Assembly (NCBI GenBank): GCA_023245955.1
Contig: JAHFJI010000001.1
Coordinates: forward strand, 1 to 44,294
Reading direction: 5' to 3'
Source of the DNA: Candidatus Doudnabacteria bacterium
Lineage (GTDB): Bacteria; Patescibacteriota; Doudnabacteria; UBA920
Length of the DNA stretch: 44,294 nucleotides
Below are positions 1 through 7,290 of the stretch, one piece after another; the stretch's first letter is position 1, and each line of letters starts with the position of its first letter. The notes under the pieces are model-generated. The model was not told the origin of the DNA and did no database searches. It was given only the letters and a program-made list of their open reading frames with translations. Position numbers and translations under genes: made by a program.

Positions 1-1823
1 GCAGTAGTGGTTTCACCTGCGCCTAGTTGTAAGAAGTTTACCAGGGCTTGGCCCTTAGAAGTTCTGGAGCCTTCCGGAAGTTCGTAGACTTTAGTTTGGA
101 ATACACGGCCTTTGTTGGTAAAGAACAGAATGTCGTCGTGGGTGTTGGCGGAGATAAGTTTTTCTACCACGTCTTCTTCTTTCAAACTTTGCCCAATTAC
201 ACCTTTGCCACCTCTGGTTTGTTGCTTATAGGTGTCTGGTAAAAGTCTTTTCACATAGCCAGACTGAGTAATGGTTACAATCATCTGGTTTTCTGGAATA
301 AGGTCTTCTGCTACAAAAGTACCCAGGGCGTTTTTAACTATCTGAGTTCTGCGTTCGTCTCCATACTTGTCTCGCATTTCTATGGTTTCGTCTTTTACAA
401 TTCCTAGAATCTTTTTTGGATGTGCAAGCAGATCCTCTAGCTTGGCAATAAGTTTTCGTTTTTCTTCTAATTCATCCTCAATCTTTTTGCGTTCAAGTCC
501 GGCCAGGGTTTGCAAGCGCATTTCTAAGATGGCCGTAGCTTGTAGCTCGGACAGCTTAAACTTTTTCATTAAGGCCGTGTGCGCCTCTTCCTTGGTTGGA
601 CTCTTTTTTATAACCGCGATTACCTCGTCTATGTGGTCCAGGGCAATGGACAAGCCTTCCAGTATGTGGGCACGCTCTTTGGCTTTCCTTAGGTCGTACT
701 CTGTTCTTCTGCGAATAACAATTTGCCTATGTTTAATGAACTCTTCCAGTACAGTTTTAATATTGAGCACGTGCGGCTCAATACCATCCACAAGAGTAGT
801 TAGGTTTAGGTGAAAAGTATCTTGAAGCTGGGTGTAAGAGTAAAGCTGATTTAATATCTTGTTTGGTAGAGCTTCTTTTTTAAGATCTACCACGATGCGG
901 ATACCAGAAGAAGACTCATCACGCACGTCCCTAATGCCTTCTAGTTTTTTGTCCCTTACTAGGTCGGCAATCTTCTCCAGCATGGTGGCTTTGTTTACGC
1001 GGTATGGAATCTCCGTAATAATTATTCTAAATGTGCCATTCTTGTTTTCTTCTATTTCTGCCCTCCCTCGCACCACAATACCGCCCCTACCCGTTGCGTA
1101 GGCGTTTTTAATTGCGGATACATCATAGGCTATGCCTCCGGTAGGAAAATCTGGTCCGGTAATAATGTCGGCTATGTCTTCTACAGTGGCATCTGGGTTT
1201 TCTATTAAATGTATAACTCCATTAGTTACTTCAGTGAGGTTGTGGGGAGGAATATCTGTGGCCATACCCACTGCAATGCCCAGGGTACCATTCAGTAAGA
1301 GCTGTGGAATTTTTCCAGGTAATACTACTGGTTCTTTTTCGGTAGCGTCATAGTTGTCCCTAAAGTCCACAGTTTCTTTTTCTAGGTCCGCCAAGAGCTC
1401 TTCTGCTATGGGTGTCATTTTGGCCTCGGTATAACGCATAGCGGCAGCACCATCACCGTCCAGCGAGCCAAAGTTACCTTGACCCTTTACAAGCGGGTAG
1501 CGCATGGCAAATTCTTGTGCCATGTGCACCATGGAGTCGTATACGGCTACATCGCCATGCGGGTGGTACTTACCTAACACCTCACCGACAATTTTGGCGG
1601 ACTTGGTGGTTTTGGCACTTGGACGCAGGCCCATACTGCGCATGGCATATAGTATGCGTCTGTGAACTGGTTTTAGACCATCTCTTACGTCTGGTAGCGC
1701 ACGCGCAACAATAACAGACATGGCATAACTCAGGTAAGAGTCTTGCATCTCATTTTCTATTGTACGTGCTCGGATATTGCCAATATTGCCCGTTGCTGGA
1801 ACGTCTGAATCTATATTTGCCAT
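1..1823 (-). CDS. gyrA: DNA gyrase subunit A, N-terminal ~607 codons; the 3' end runs off the window
   Basis: Own translation of the minus strand from the ATG (complement of 1821-1823) gives [61 protein letters not shown]...GKYHPHGD...QGNFGS. It is absent from the ORF track because it is open to the window edge. The + strand ORFs at 48-1714 are its antisense shadows. Confidence 0.95.
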   Translation of the reverse strand, partial: MANIDSDVPATGNIGNIRARTIENEMQDSYLSYAMSVIVARALPDVRDGLKPVHRRILYAMRSMGLRPSAKTTKSAKIVGEVLGKYHPHGDVAVYDSMVHMAQEFAMRYPLVKGQGNFGSLDGDGAAAMRYTEAKMTPIAEELLADLEKETVDFRDNYDATEKEPVVLPGKIPQLLLNGTLGIAVGMATDIPPHNLTEVTNGVIHLIENPDATVEDIADIITGPDFPTGGIAYDVSAIKNAYATGRGGIVVRGRAEIEENKNGTFRIIITEIPYRVNKATMLEKIADLVRDKKLEGIRDVRDESSSGIRIVVDLKKEALPNKILNQLYSYTQLQDTFHLNLTTLVDGIEPHVLNIKTVLEEFIKHRQIVIRRRTEYDLRKAKERAHILEGLSIALDHIDEVIAVIKKSPTKEEAHTALMKKFKLSELQATAILEMRLQTLAGLERKKIEDELEEKRKLIAKLEDLLAHPKKILGIVKDETIEMRDKYGDERRTQIVKNALGTFVAEDLIPENQMIVTITQSGYVKRLLPDTYKQQTRGGKGVIGQSLKEEDVVEKLISANTHDDILFFTNKGRVFQTKVYELPEGSRTSKGQALVNFLQLGAGETTT

Positions 1824-1873
1824 AACAAATTAGTAGTAAGAATAAAGTAGTAAGAATTAAGTAGGTTATTAAG

Positions 1874-2089
1874 CTACTTACCAAAGCCAGCCTTCGCTTG
1901 GAGGGCCTTTTTTTGAATGGCGATAAAGAAATCTTGAGGAGTTTTCTTATTCTTAGGAATCTGGCTTGTAATAATCCAAAGGCCAACTAATAATATAAAA
2001 ACGGTTATTACAATAGCCCACAAAAGTTGTTCTCGTTTGTTTTCGGGTAGGTCTTGTATTTTTTGTATTGTAAGCATAGGAAGAATCAT
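1874..2089 (-). CDS. small membrane protein, hypothetical
   Basis: 71-aa ORF with one clear hydrophobic helix (LLWAIVITVFILLVGLWIITS). It sits tightly between the MBL-like gene and gyrA on the same strand. Confidence 0.45.
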   Translation of the reverse strand: MILPMLTIQKIQDLPENKREQLLWAIVITVFILLVGLWIITSQIPKNKKTPQDFFIAIQKKALQAKAGFGK

Positions 2090-2120
2090 GAATTATGAGT
2101 CAAGAATCATGAGGTAATTT

Positions 2121-2744
2121 CTAACTAGTAAGTATAATTACTTTAGTGTCTTCAGTGTCTGCGAAGTCTTTCTTCTTTACTATAATCTTCTCCAGCGTCT
2201 CTGCCTTGCCCCCCATTTCTTTTACAAACTTATTTACTTCGTCTAATGCAAGCTTTATTCCCTCAGTAGAAAAGTGGGAAGGTATAACCATTTTGGCTTC
2301 TACTTGGTTTACTATTTTTGCTGCTCCACTTGCATCTAGCACGGTATTGCCACCTACTGGGAGTATTAATATGTCTATATCGCCCAGGTCCTCCAGTTCG
2401 TTTTCTTGGATGTTAAAGTTCTTTATATGAGCAAGGTTTAAGATTTTGATTCCTTCGCTCTCTATTAAGAACACAGTCACATAATTTTCATCTTGGAGCA
2501 GGGGTATGCCGGTAACAGTTACGCCTTTTACATCGTACTCGCCCGGGCTAGATATTATAAACGGTTCACCAGTCAGTGAACTATGGCTACTGTAAAGAGA
2601 ATTTTGGGGCTCAGACAGCACGAGTACGTCCACGGTTCCTCTTGGTGAGGCTAGACCCGATTCTTTGCTATATGGGTCAGTAATTACCACTGCTTCTTTA
2701 GTCGTAAGCTTAAAACTGGATAGACCTAGGTATTGAATATGCAT
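2121..2744 (-). CDS. MBL-fold (UPF0173-like) hydrolase-like protein; metal-binding His motif not evident
   Basis: 207-aa ORF. The N-terminus MHIQYLGLSSFKL...VVITDP and the overall pattern resemble the beta-lactamase-fold hydrolase family. I could not find the HxHxDH motif. Confidence 0.6.
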   Translation of the reverse strand: MHIQYLGLSSFKLTTKEAVVITDPYSKESGLASPRGTVDVLVLSEPQNSLYSSHSSLTGEPFIISSPGEYDVKGVTVTGIPLLQDENYVTVFLIESEGIKILNLAHIKNFNIQENELEDLGDIDILILPVGGNTVLDASGAAKIVNQVEAKMVIPSHFSTEGIKLALDEVNKFVKEMGGKAETLEKIIVKKKDFADTEDTKVIILTS

Positions 2745-3101
2745 AGTGCGATGCGAATCTACGAATTCATGCGAATCTACGAATATCCACGAATTCGAAA
2801 TATCTATATTTAGTGGTTATATTATATCATTTTGTGGTGAGAGATGCAAAGGATTTTATGGGTTTTATGTCTTATTTAGGAAAGATTTTAGGCTTGCTTG
2901 GTGGGGCTTATTGTTGTATACTGTGTAGGCTTATTTGGTAGGTGCTTTCCGCCTATGACGGAACTTTTATTATTAATTCCCAAATGAGCTTCGGTATAAG
3001 CACCTTTGATTTGTAACTAATTTATGACTCATTTTTAACCCAGGCATACACTTTTTCTATTGCGTGGTTTTTATTTTCATAAATTGCAAGAATAAACTTA
3101 T

Positions 3102-4343
3102 ATGAGTAACGAACTTGGACAAGATGGTGTTGGTGTAGCACCAGTGCAGGCAGTAAATACACTGAAGCAAAACATAGATGAGTCGCTAGCAGAAAAAGCT
3201 AGTAGTATGGACGACCTTATTTCCAGTGGAGCGGAAATTCGGGTACTTAAGGCTGGAGACATGGTTGAGGGAAAACTGCTCTCTGTGGGTAAGAATGAAG
3301 TTTATGTGGATCTAGAGGGTATAGGTATAGGTGTGGTGCGTGGTCGTGAGTTATATGATGACCAGGCAACCCTAGCTTCACTTAAAGTAGGCGATACTAT
3401 ATTTGCCTCTGTAGTAGAAGGCGAAAATAAGGATGGTAATGTAGAATTGTCGCTTCGTCAGGCTGGACACGAACGTGTTTGGCAGTCCCTAAAGGAGAAG
3501 ATGGAGTCCCGTGAAGTTGTGAGCACTAAGATTTTGGGTGCAAACAAGGGTGGGCTTATGGTAGAAGTGAACGGTGTGCTAGGGTTTTTACCGGTTTCTC
3601 AGTTAAACCTGGAGCACTATCCACGTGTGGAAGACGGTGATAAACAGAAGATTTTCTCTGCCTTGCAAAGTTACGTTGGTACATCTTTTGCTGTGCAGAT
3701 TATAACTGCCGACCCAGAAGAAGAGAAGCTTATCGTGAGTGAGAAAGCTGTATCGGAAAAAGAAACCGAAGACAGACTATCTCAGCTTAAGATGGGTGAT
3801 GTGATTAAAGGTACTGTTACGGGTGTAGTAGATTTTGGTATCTTTGTGAAGTTTGGTGACCTAGAAGGTCTTGCTCACATAAGTGAGCTAGCTTGGCAAC
3901 GGGTAGAAAATCCTAAAGATTTGTTCCGAGTTGGTCAGAGCGTAGAAGCTAAGATTATCGGTATAGATAAGGGTCGTGTGTCTTTGTCTGTGAAGCAACT
4001 CCAACCAGATCCATGGCTTGAGGCAGTAAAACAGTACCAAATTGGCCAGGTGGTAGAGGGTAAGGTAACTAAAGTAATGCCATTTGGTGTGTTTGTGGAA
4101 TTGTCCAAAGATATTCAGGGTTTGGCTCATTTAGCTGAGCTGTCTCACGAGGCTATTAAAGACGCAGAAAGCGTGCTTAAGGTTGGTGACGTAAAGTCTT
4201 TCAAGATTATCTCTATTGAACCGGCCGACCACCGCTTAGGCTTGTCTCTCAAAGCGCTTGAAGAAAAACCGGTTAAGGCTGAAACTGTTGTAGAAGCTAA
4301 AACTGAAGAAGCGGAGGTTACTCAAGACGAAACCAAGGCCTAG
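3102..4343 (+). CDS. rpsA: 30S ribosomal protein S1
   Basis: 413 aa with repeated S1 OB-fold units (G.VV.G.V..V...G.FV.L....G..H.SE motifs occur at least 4 times). Confidence 0.9.
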   Translation: MSNELGQDGVGVAPVQAVNTLKQNIDESLAEKASSMDDLISSGAEIRVLKAGDMVEGKLLSVGKNEVYVDLEGIGIGVVRGRELYDDQATLASLKVGDTIFASVVEGENKDGNVELSLRQAGHERVWQSLKEKMESREVVSTKILGANKGGLMVEVNGVLGFLPVSQLNLEHYPRVEDGDKQKIFSALQSYVGTSFAVQIITADPEEEKLIVSEKAVSEKETEDRLSQLKMGDVIKGTVTGVVDFGIFVKFGDLEGLAHISELAWQRVENPKDLFRVGQSVEAKIIGIDKGRVSLSVKQLQPDPWLEAVKQYQIGQVVEGKVTKVMPFGVFVELSKDIQGLAHLAELSHEAIKDAESVLKVGDVKSFKIISIEPADHRLGLSLKALEEKPVKAETVVEAKTEEAEVTQDETKA

Positions 4344-4364
4344 TAAGAACATTTCTCAATATTT

Positions 4365-4393
4365 AAAAAGAGCTCTGAAAGGGAGCTCTTTTT
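4365..4393 (+). terminator. rho-independent terminator after rpsA (A-run/T-run, possibly bidirectional)
   Basis: AAAAAGAGCTC-tgaaagg-GAGCTCTTTTT. Confidence 0.6.
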
Positions 4394-4399
4394 AAATAT

Positions 4400-4485
4400 T
4401 GGTGCCCAGGGAGGGACTCGAACCCTCAATCTCTTACGAGCCCAGGATTTTAAGTCCTGTGCGTATACCATTCCGCCACCTGGGC
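4400..4485 (-). tRNA. tRNA-Leu(UAA), class II, CCA encoded
   Basis: The reverse complement GCCCAGGTGGCGGAATGGTATACGCACAGGACTTAAAATCCTGGGCTCGTAAGAGATTGAGGGTTCGAGTCCCTCCCTGGGCACCA folds as a cloverleaf. The anticodon loop is CTTAAAA. Confidence 0.9.
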
Positions 4486-4495
4486 AGATGTTTTT

Positions 4496-4570
4496 TGGAG
4501 GTGCGTGTGGGAGTTGCACCCACGCATGGCGGTTTTGCAGACCGCAGTGTTACTACTTCACCAACGCACC
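4496..4570 (-). tRNA. tRNA-Cys(GCA)
   Basis: The reverse complement is GGTGCGTTGGTGAAGTAGTAACACTGCGGTCTGCAAAACCGCCATGCGTGGGTGCAACTCCCACACGCACCTCCA. The acceptor pairs GGTGCGT/ACGCACC and the anticodon loop is CTGCAAA. Confidence 0.9.
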
Positions 4571-4631
4571 CATGGCTTAAAGCCCTCAAATTATAACGAA
4601 TTTTATAGCTCTAGGGCAATAGCTGTGTTAT

Positions 4632-4655
4632 AAAAAACAGCCCAGCCAAGGGCTG
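4632..4655 (-). terminator. terminator downstream of the 4673-5323 gene
   Basis: On the minus strand: CAGCCC-ttggct-GGGCTG followed by TTTTTT. Confidence 0.5.
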
Positions 4656-4672
4656 AGCCGTTTTAGATTTAT

Positions 4673-5323
4673 TTAGTTAGCCAAGGCTAATTCTTTGTTT
4701 ATAATGGTACCAGTAGTTGTGGTGTTTAGCTTAGCAAGTCTAGTAGCTTCGGCTTTGGCTGTAAGCTCGTTCATTTCTTTTTCTACCTTTTCACAGCCAC
4801 GTAACCAGTTTGGTGAACCTGGCACTACGTATACCTTTAACTTCTTTTTACAAGTATTGTACTTGTCTTTATAAATAGGTTTTTCAAGTAAGTCACTAAC
4901 AGCTTTAAAGCCGTCGTAGGGAGTGGTAAATTGTCTCCATTGGCTGTGGCCAGGTTTTACACCTACACTACCACAGTTAAAGTTTGCAGCCCGTTTACAG
5001 TAGTTGCTCTCCACAAAAGTGATACCAAGGGCATGTTGCCACTGTGGAAGAGTAACTATCTGATCTGCGTATGGTGCAAGTGGAGAACCTTTGGACTCTA
5101 GATAGTCTTGTAGAGACTTTACTAGTTCGTCGTTACTGGTTATATCGCTCATGCTTAAGCCTGTGTTTAGCGCATCTGGTTTAAGCTCAAACACCATTAC
5201 ACTATTGTTGCTTGCTATTGGTTCTGAAGCGAGGCTGGCGTGTGGGAAGATAAAACCGATTACAGGAATAAACAAGCTAATAGCTAGTATATGTATTTTA
5301 GATGTTAGGTTGGGAGTTTTCAT
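4673..5323 (-). CDS. secreted hypothetical protein (signal peptide)
   Basis: 216 aa. The N-terminus MKTPNLTSKIHILAISLFIPVIGFIFPHASLASEP looks like a Sec signal. No family recognised. Confidence 0.6.
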   Translation of the reverse strand: MKTPNLTSKIHILAISLFIPVIGFIFPHASLASEPIASNNSVMVFELKPDALNTGLSMSDITSNDELVKSLQDYLESKGSPLAPYADQIVTLPQWQHALGITFVESNYCKRAANFNCGSVGVKPGHSQWRQFTTPYDGFKAVSDLLEKPIYKDKYNTCKKKLKVYVVPGSPNWLRGCEKVEKEMNELTAKAEATRLAKLNTTTTGTIINKELALAN

Positions 5324-5677
5324 TTTGGCAATAACTCCTTTCAGTCTGGGTAAGGGTTTTATCCTTTACCTTTAATGCATTAGCCTAACTCTTGAGCGGT
5401 GCGGTATGAGTGAGCCAATAATAAAAGCGCTCTTTTGGAGCACTTCTTATGACAGGAGTATACATAATTAGGGGCTTTTGGTCAAGTCTTTATTGCCAGT
5501 TCTAGCTTTATATAAGCCATAAATCGTTTTTTTGCTCGCGATAATGCTCTAAAAACACTGTCAATAGCCAAGTCAGTTTGACTTATCTTTATAAATCTAT
5601 CTACTTTTACACTTTATGGCTTATACATGCCATATATTTGATGTAAACTTAGTAATTTTTGGCTATATTCACCAAAA

Positions 5678-5708
5678 TCAAAAACCAGCACTCATAGCTG
5701 GTTTTTGA
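5678..5708. terminator. perfect 12-bp stem hairpin with flanking A/T runs (bidirectional terminator-like)
   Basis: TCAAAAACCAGC-actcata-GCTGGTTTTTGA. Confidence 0.45.
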
Positions 5709-5792
5709 TTTGTGCACGTGTAGATGCAAAGTATCCTGAAGCCTATATCAGACCTACTACTGAGTTGTTTTATCTAATCCTCTCTACACTAC

Positions 5793-5833
5793 AAAAAAAA
5801 TAAAAGACATCCACTAAAGTGAATGTCTTTTAT
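5793..5833 (-). terminator. terminator ending the 5835-5997 RNA-like region
   Basis: ATAAAAGACAT(C/T)CAC stem with a TAAA loop, followed on the minus strand by a T8 run. It is near-identical in design to the hairpin at 5998-6038. Confidence 0.55.
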
Positions 5834-5834
5834 T

Positions 5835-5997
5835 TGGGGCGGGTAAGGGGAATCGACCCGCCCACGGCTATGTTCAATGCGCTACGCTTATTTCACATAA
5901 CGCCTAACGCGAGCCCGCCACTTGCATTGCTCCAAGTATTCGCAATGCATCCCACAAAGCCGGGACCGTTCCCGTTCGATTCTTCTTACTCCTTTCC
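5835..5997 (-). ncRNA. unclassified structured RNA / tRNA-Gly-derived element
   Basis: ORF-free and bounded by two terminators. Its 3' end GGGTCGATTCCCCTTACCCGCCCCA copies the 3' end of the neighbouring tRNA-Gly, with one T missing from the T-loop. Internal hairpins include GCATTGC/GCAATGC. The 5' end (GGAGTAAGAAGAATCGA) can pair with the 3' end. Confidence 0.35.
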
Positions 5998-6038
5998 AAA
6001 AAGATAAAAACCACACCTAAAGGTGAGGTCTTTATCTT
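5998..6038 (-). terminator. terminator after tRNA-Gly
   Basis: AAAGATAAA(A/G)ACC(A/T)CACC stem with a TAAA loop and a T-rich tail on the minus strand. Confidence 0.55.
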
Positions 6039-6112
6039 TGGAGCGGGTAAGGGGAATCGAACCCCTATCCCCTCCTTGGCAAGGAGGAGTTCTACCATTG
6101 AACCATACCCGC
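6039..6112 (-). tRNA. tRNA-Gly(GCC)
   Basis: The reverse complement is GCGGGTATGGTTCAATGGTAGAACTCCTCCTTGCCAAGGAGGGGATAGGGGTTCGATTCCCCTTACCCGCTCCA. Confidence 0.9.
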
Positions 6113-6282
6113 TCGTCACAGTTTGCTCCAAGTTTCAAGTTTTGCCTTTTAGGCAAAAGCATTTCACTTTCCGCAACTATTCCTCTAACTTTTACGCTTA
6201 ACCTCACAAAGCTTCAGCCCAAGTGTAAAAGTTTATTCAAACAATTTCTGGTCGAAGACCATGAGCGAGTCTTCGAGTCGAA

Positions 6283-6357
6283 TGGTGCCTCGGGTCAGAA
6301 TCGAACTGACAACGCAAGCCTCTTCAGGGCTTCGCTCTACCATTGAGCTACCGAGGC
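6283..6357 (-). tRNA. tRNA-Phe(GAA)
   Basis: The reverse complement is GCCTCGGTAGCTCAATGGTAGAGCGAAGCCCTGAAGAGGCTTGCGTTGTCAGTTCGATTCTGACCCGAGGCACCA. Confidence 0.9.
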
Positions 6358-6386
6358 TGGTTTTCTAAAGCTTCTAACTATTGCTT

Positions 6387-6466
6387 GGTGGACCCGCTGA
6401 GCGGGTCTAACACCACGCTAATCACGCTGAGCGTGATTGCCAGTACGCTAAGCGTACTAAGCGTGG
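6387..6466 (-). repeat. three tandem small hairpins of one design in the tRNA-Val/tRNA-Phe spacer
   Basis: The hairpins are GACCCGCTGAGCGGGTC, AATCACGCTGAGCGTGATT and AGTACGCTAAGCGTACT. CCACGCT/AGCGTGG encloses the last two. Confidence 0.5.
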
Positions 6467-6539
6467 TGGACGATACAGGACTCGAACCTGTGACATCTTC
6501 GGTGTAAACGAAGCGCTCTACCAACTGAGCTAATCGTCC
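6464..6539 (-). tRNA. tRNA-Val(UAC)
   Basis: The reverse complement is GGACGATTAGCTCAGTTGGTAGAGCGCTTCGTTTACACCGAAGATGTCACAGGTTCGAGTCCTGTATCGTCCACCA. Confidence 0.9.
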
Positions 6540-6639
6540 TTATGGCTTGAGTATTATACTAAATCACTAAAAATAAATCAATCTAGTTTACTTGCTATAT
6601 AGGCAGTTTATTCATATAATATCAAGGCAATTGAAGCTT

Positions 6640-6726
6640 GCCCAGGTGGCGGAACTGGTATACGCGCATCCTTGAGGTGGATGTGGGAGCAATCCCGTGG
6701 AGGTTCAAGTCCTCTCCTGGGCACCA
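6640..6726 (+). tRNA. tRNA-Leu(GAG), class II
   Basis: GCCCAGGTGGCGGAACTGGTATACGCGCATCCTTGAGGTGGATGTGGGAGCAATCCCGTGGAGGTTCAAGTCCTCTCCTGGGCACCA. Confidence 0.9.
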
Positions 6727-7171
6727 AGAAAAGAATATTGGTCTTCAGGTCAGTATTTTTTTCTTGGTTATATATGAAGATGGACTTCAAGGGAGCGGCT
6801 TTCGCTTTAGCGAAAAATTTCATACGACTATTTGGAGCATGAAATAACGGCTGGTCCTGGCGTTCGCGAACGACAGAGCGCGGCCGACACGAGCTGGAAT
6901 GGAAGTGAATTTCATTCATCGCAAGCTCCGTAGCGTCATACGACGAGGGCTCTGACGAGGAGTGTAGTGTGAAGCGACCGAGTCCGACACCTTGGGCATT
7001 ATAAAAATACTCTGACAGCTGTCGCGATGATTTTGCATGTAAAAAAAGCCCGTTGCAATGAGTAGTTGCAGGGGCTAAGATGTTTGCAACTATTCTCGTT
7101 GCATTTAAGAGCACAGAGTCACGACCTCTTCTCGAGTTTTTGCGTAGAGATGCTACTATAGGAATAGCCAC

Positions 7172-7262
7172 AAAAAAATTCCGAAGGAATTAGGGGCGAA
7201 ACCCACCCGTATTCCTCCCCAGACCCCTCCTACGGGCGGGAAAACAACCGAGGCAAGTTCCT
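7172..7262 (-). ncRNA. hairpin-plus-terminator module, third (diverged) copy of the inner end of the 408-bp repeat at 29.5/31.8 kb
   Basis: The minus strand reads CCCGCCCGT[AGGAGGGGTCTGGGGAGGAAT]ACGGGTGGG, then AATTCCTTCGGAATTTTTTT. The 21-nt loop is identical to the one at 29496-29516. The stem differs but still pairs, with one G-U on this strand only. Confidence 0.4.
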
Positions 7263-7290
7263 CCGCCCTCGAAGTGGGTTTGAGTAAAGT

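Noticed and set aside
48-1714. Five + strand ORFs (64-148 aa) in the ORF track
   Set aside because: They lie antisense to an uninterrupted gyrA reading frame on the minus strand and have serine/arginine-rich, low-complexity shadow composition.
5835-5997. tmRNA, intron-containing tRNA or SRP RNA
   Set aside because: It is too short for tmRNA, has no resume/tag frame and no G3-U70 acceptor. No 5' acceptor strand or D/anticodon arms could be drawn. No GGAA-tetraloop SRP helix 8 motif is present.
6608-7171. 187-aa minus-strand ORF
   Set aside because: It overlaps tRNA-Leu(GAG) in antisense, has an odd composition and lacks a start context. The region is treated as non-coding.
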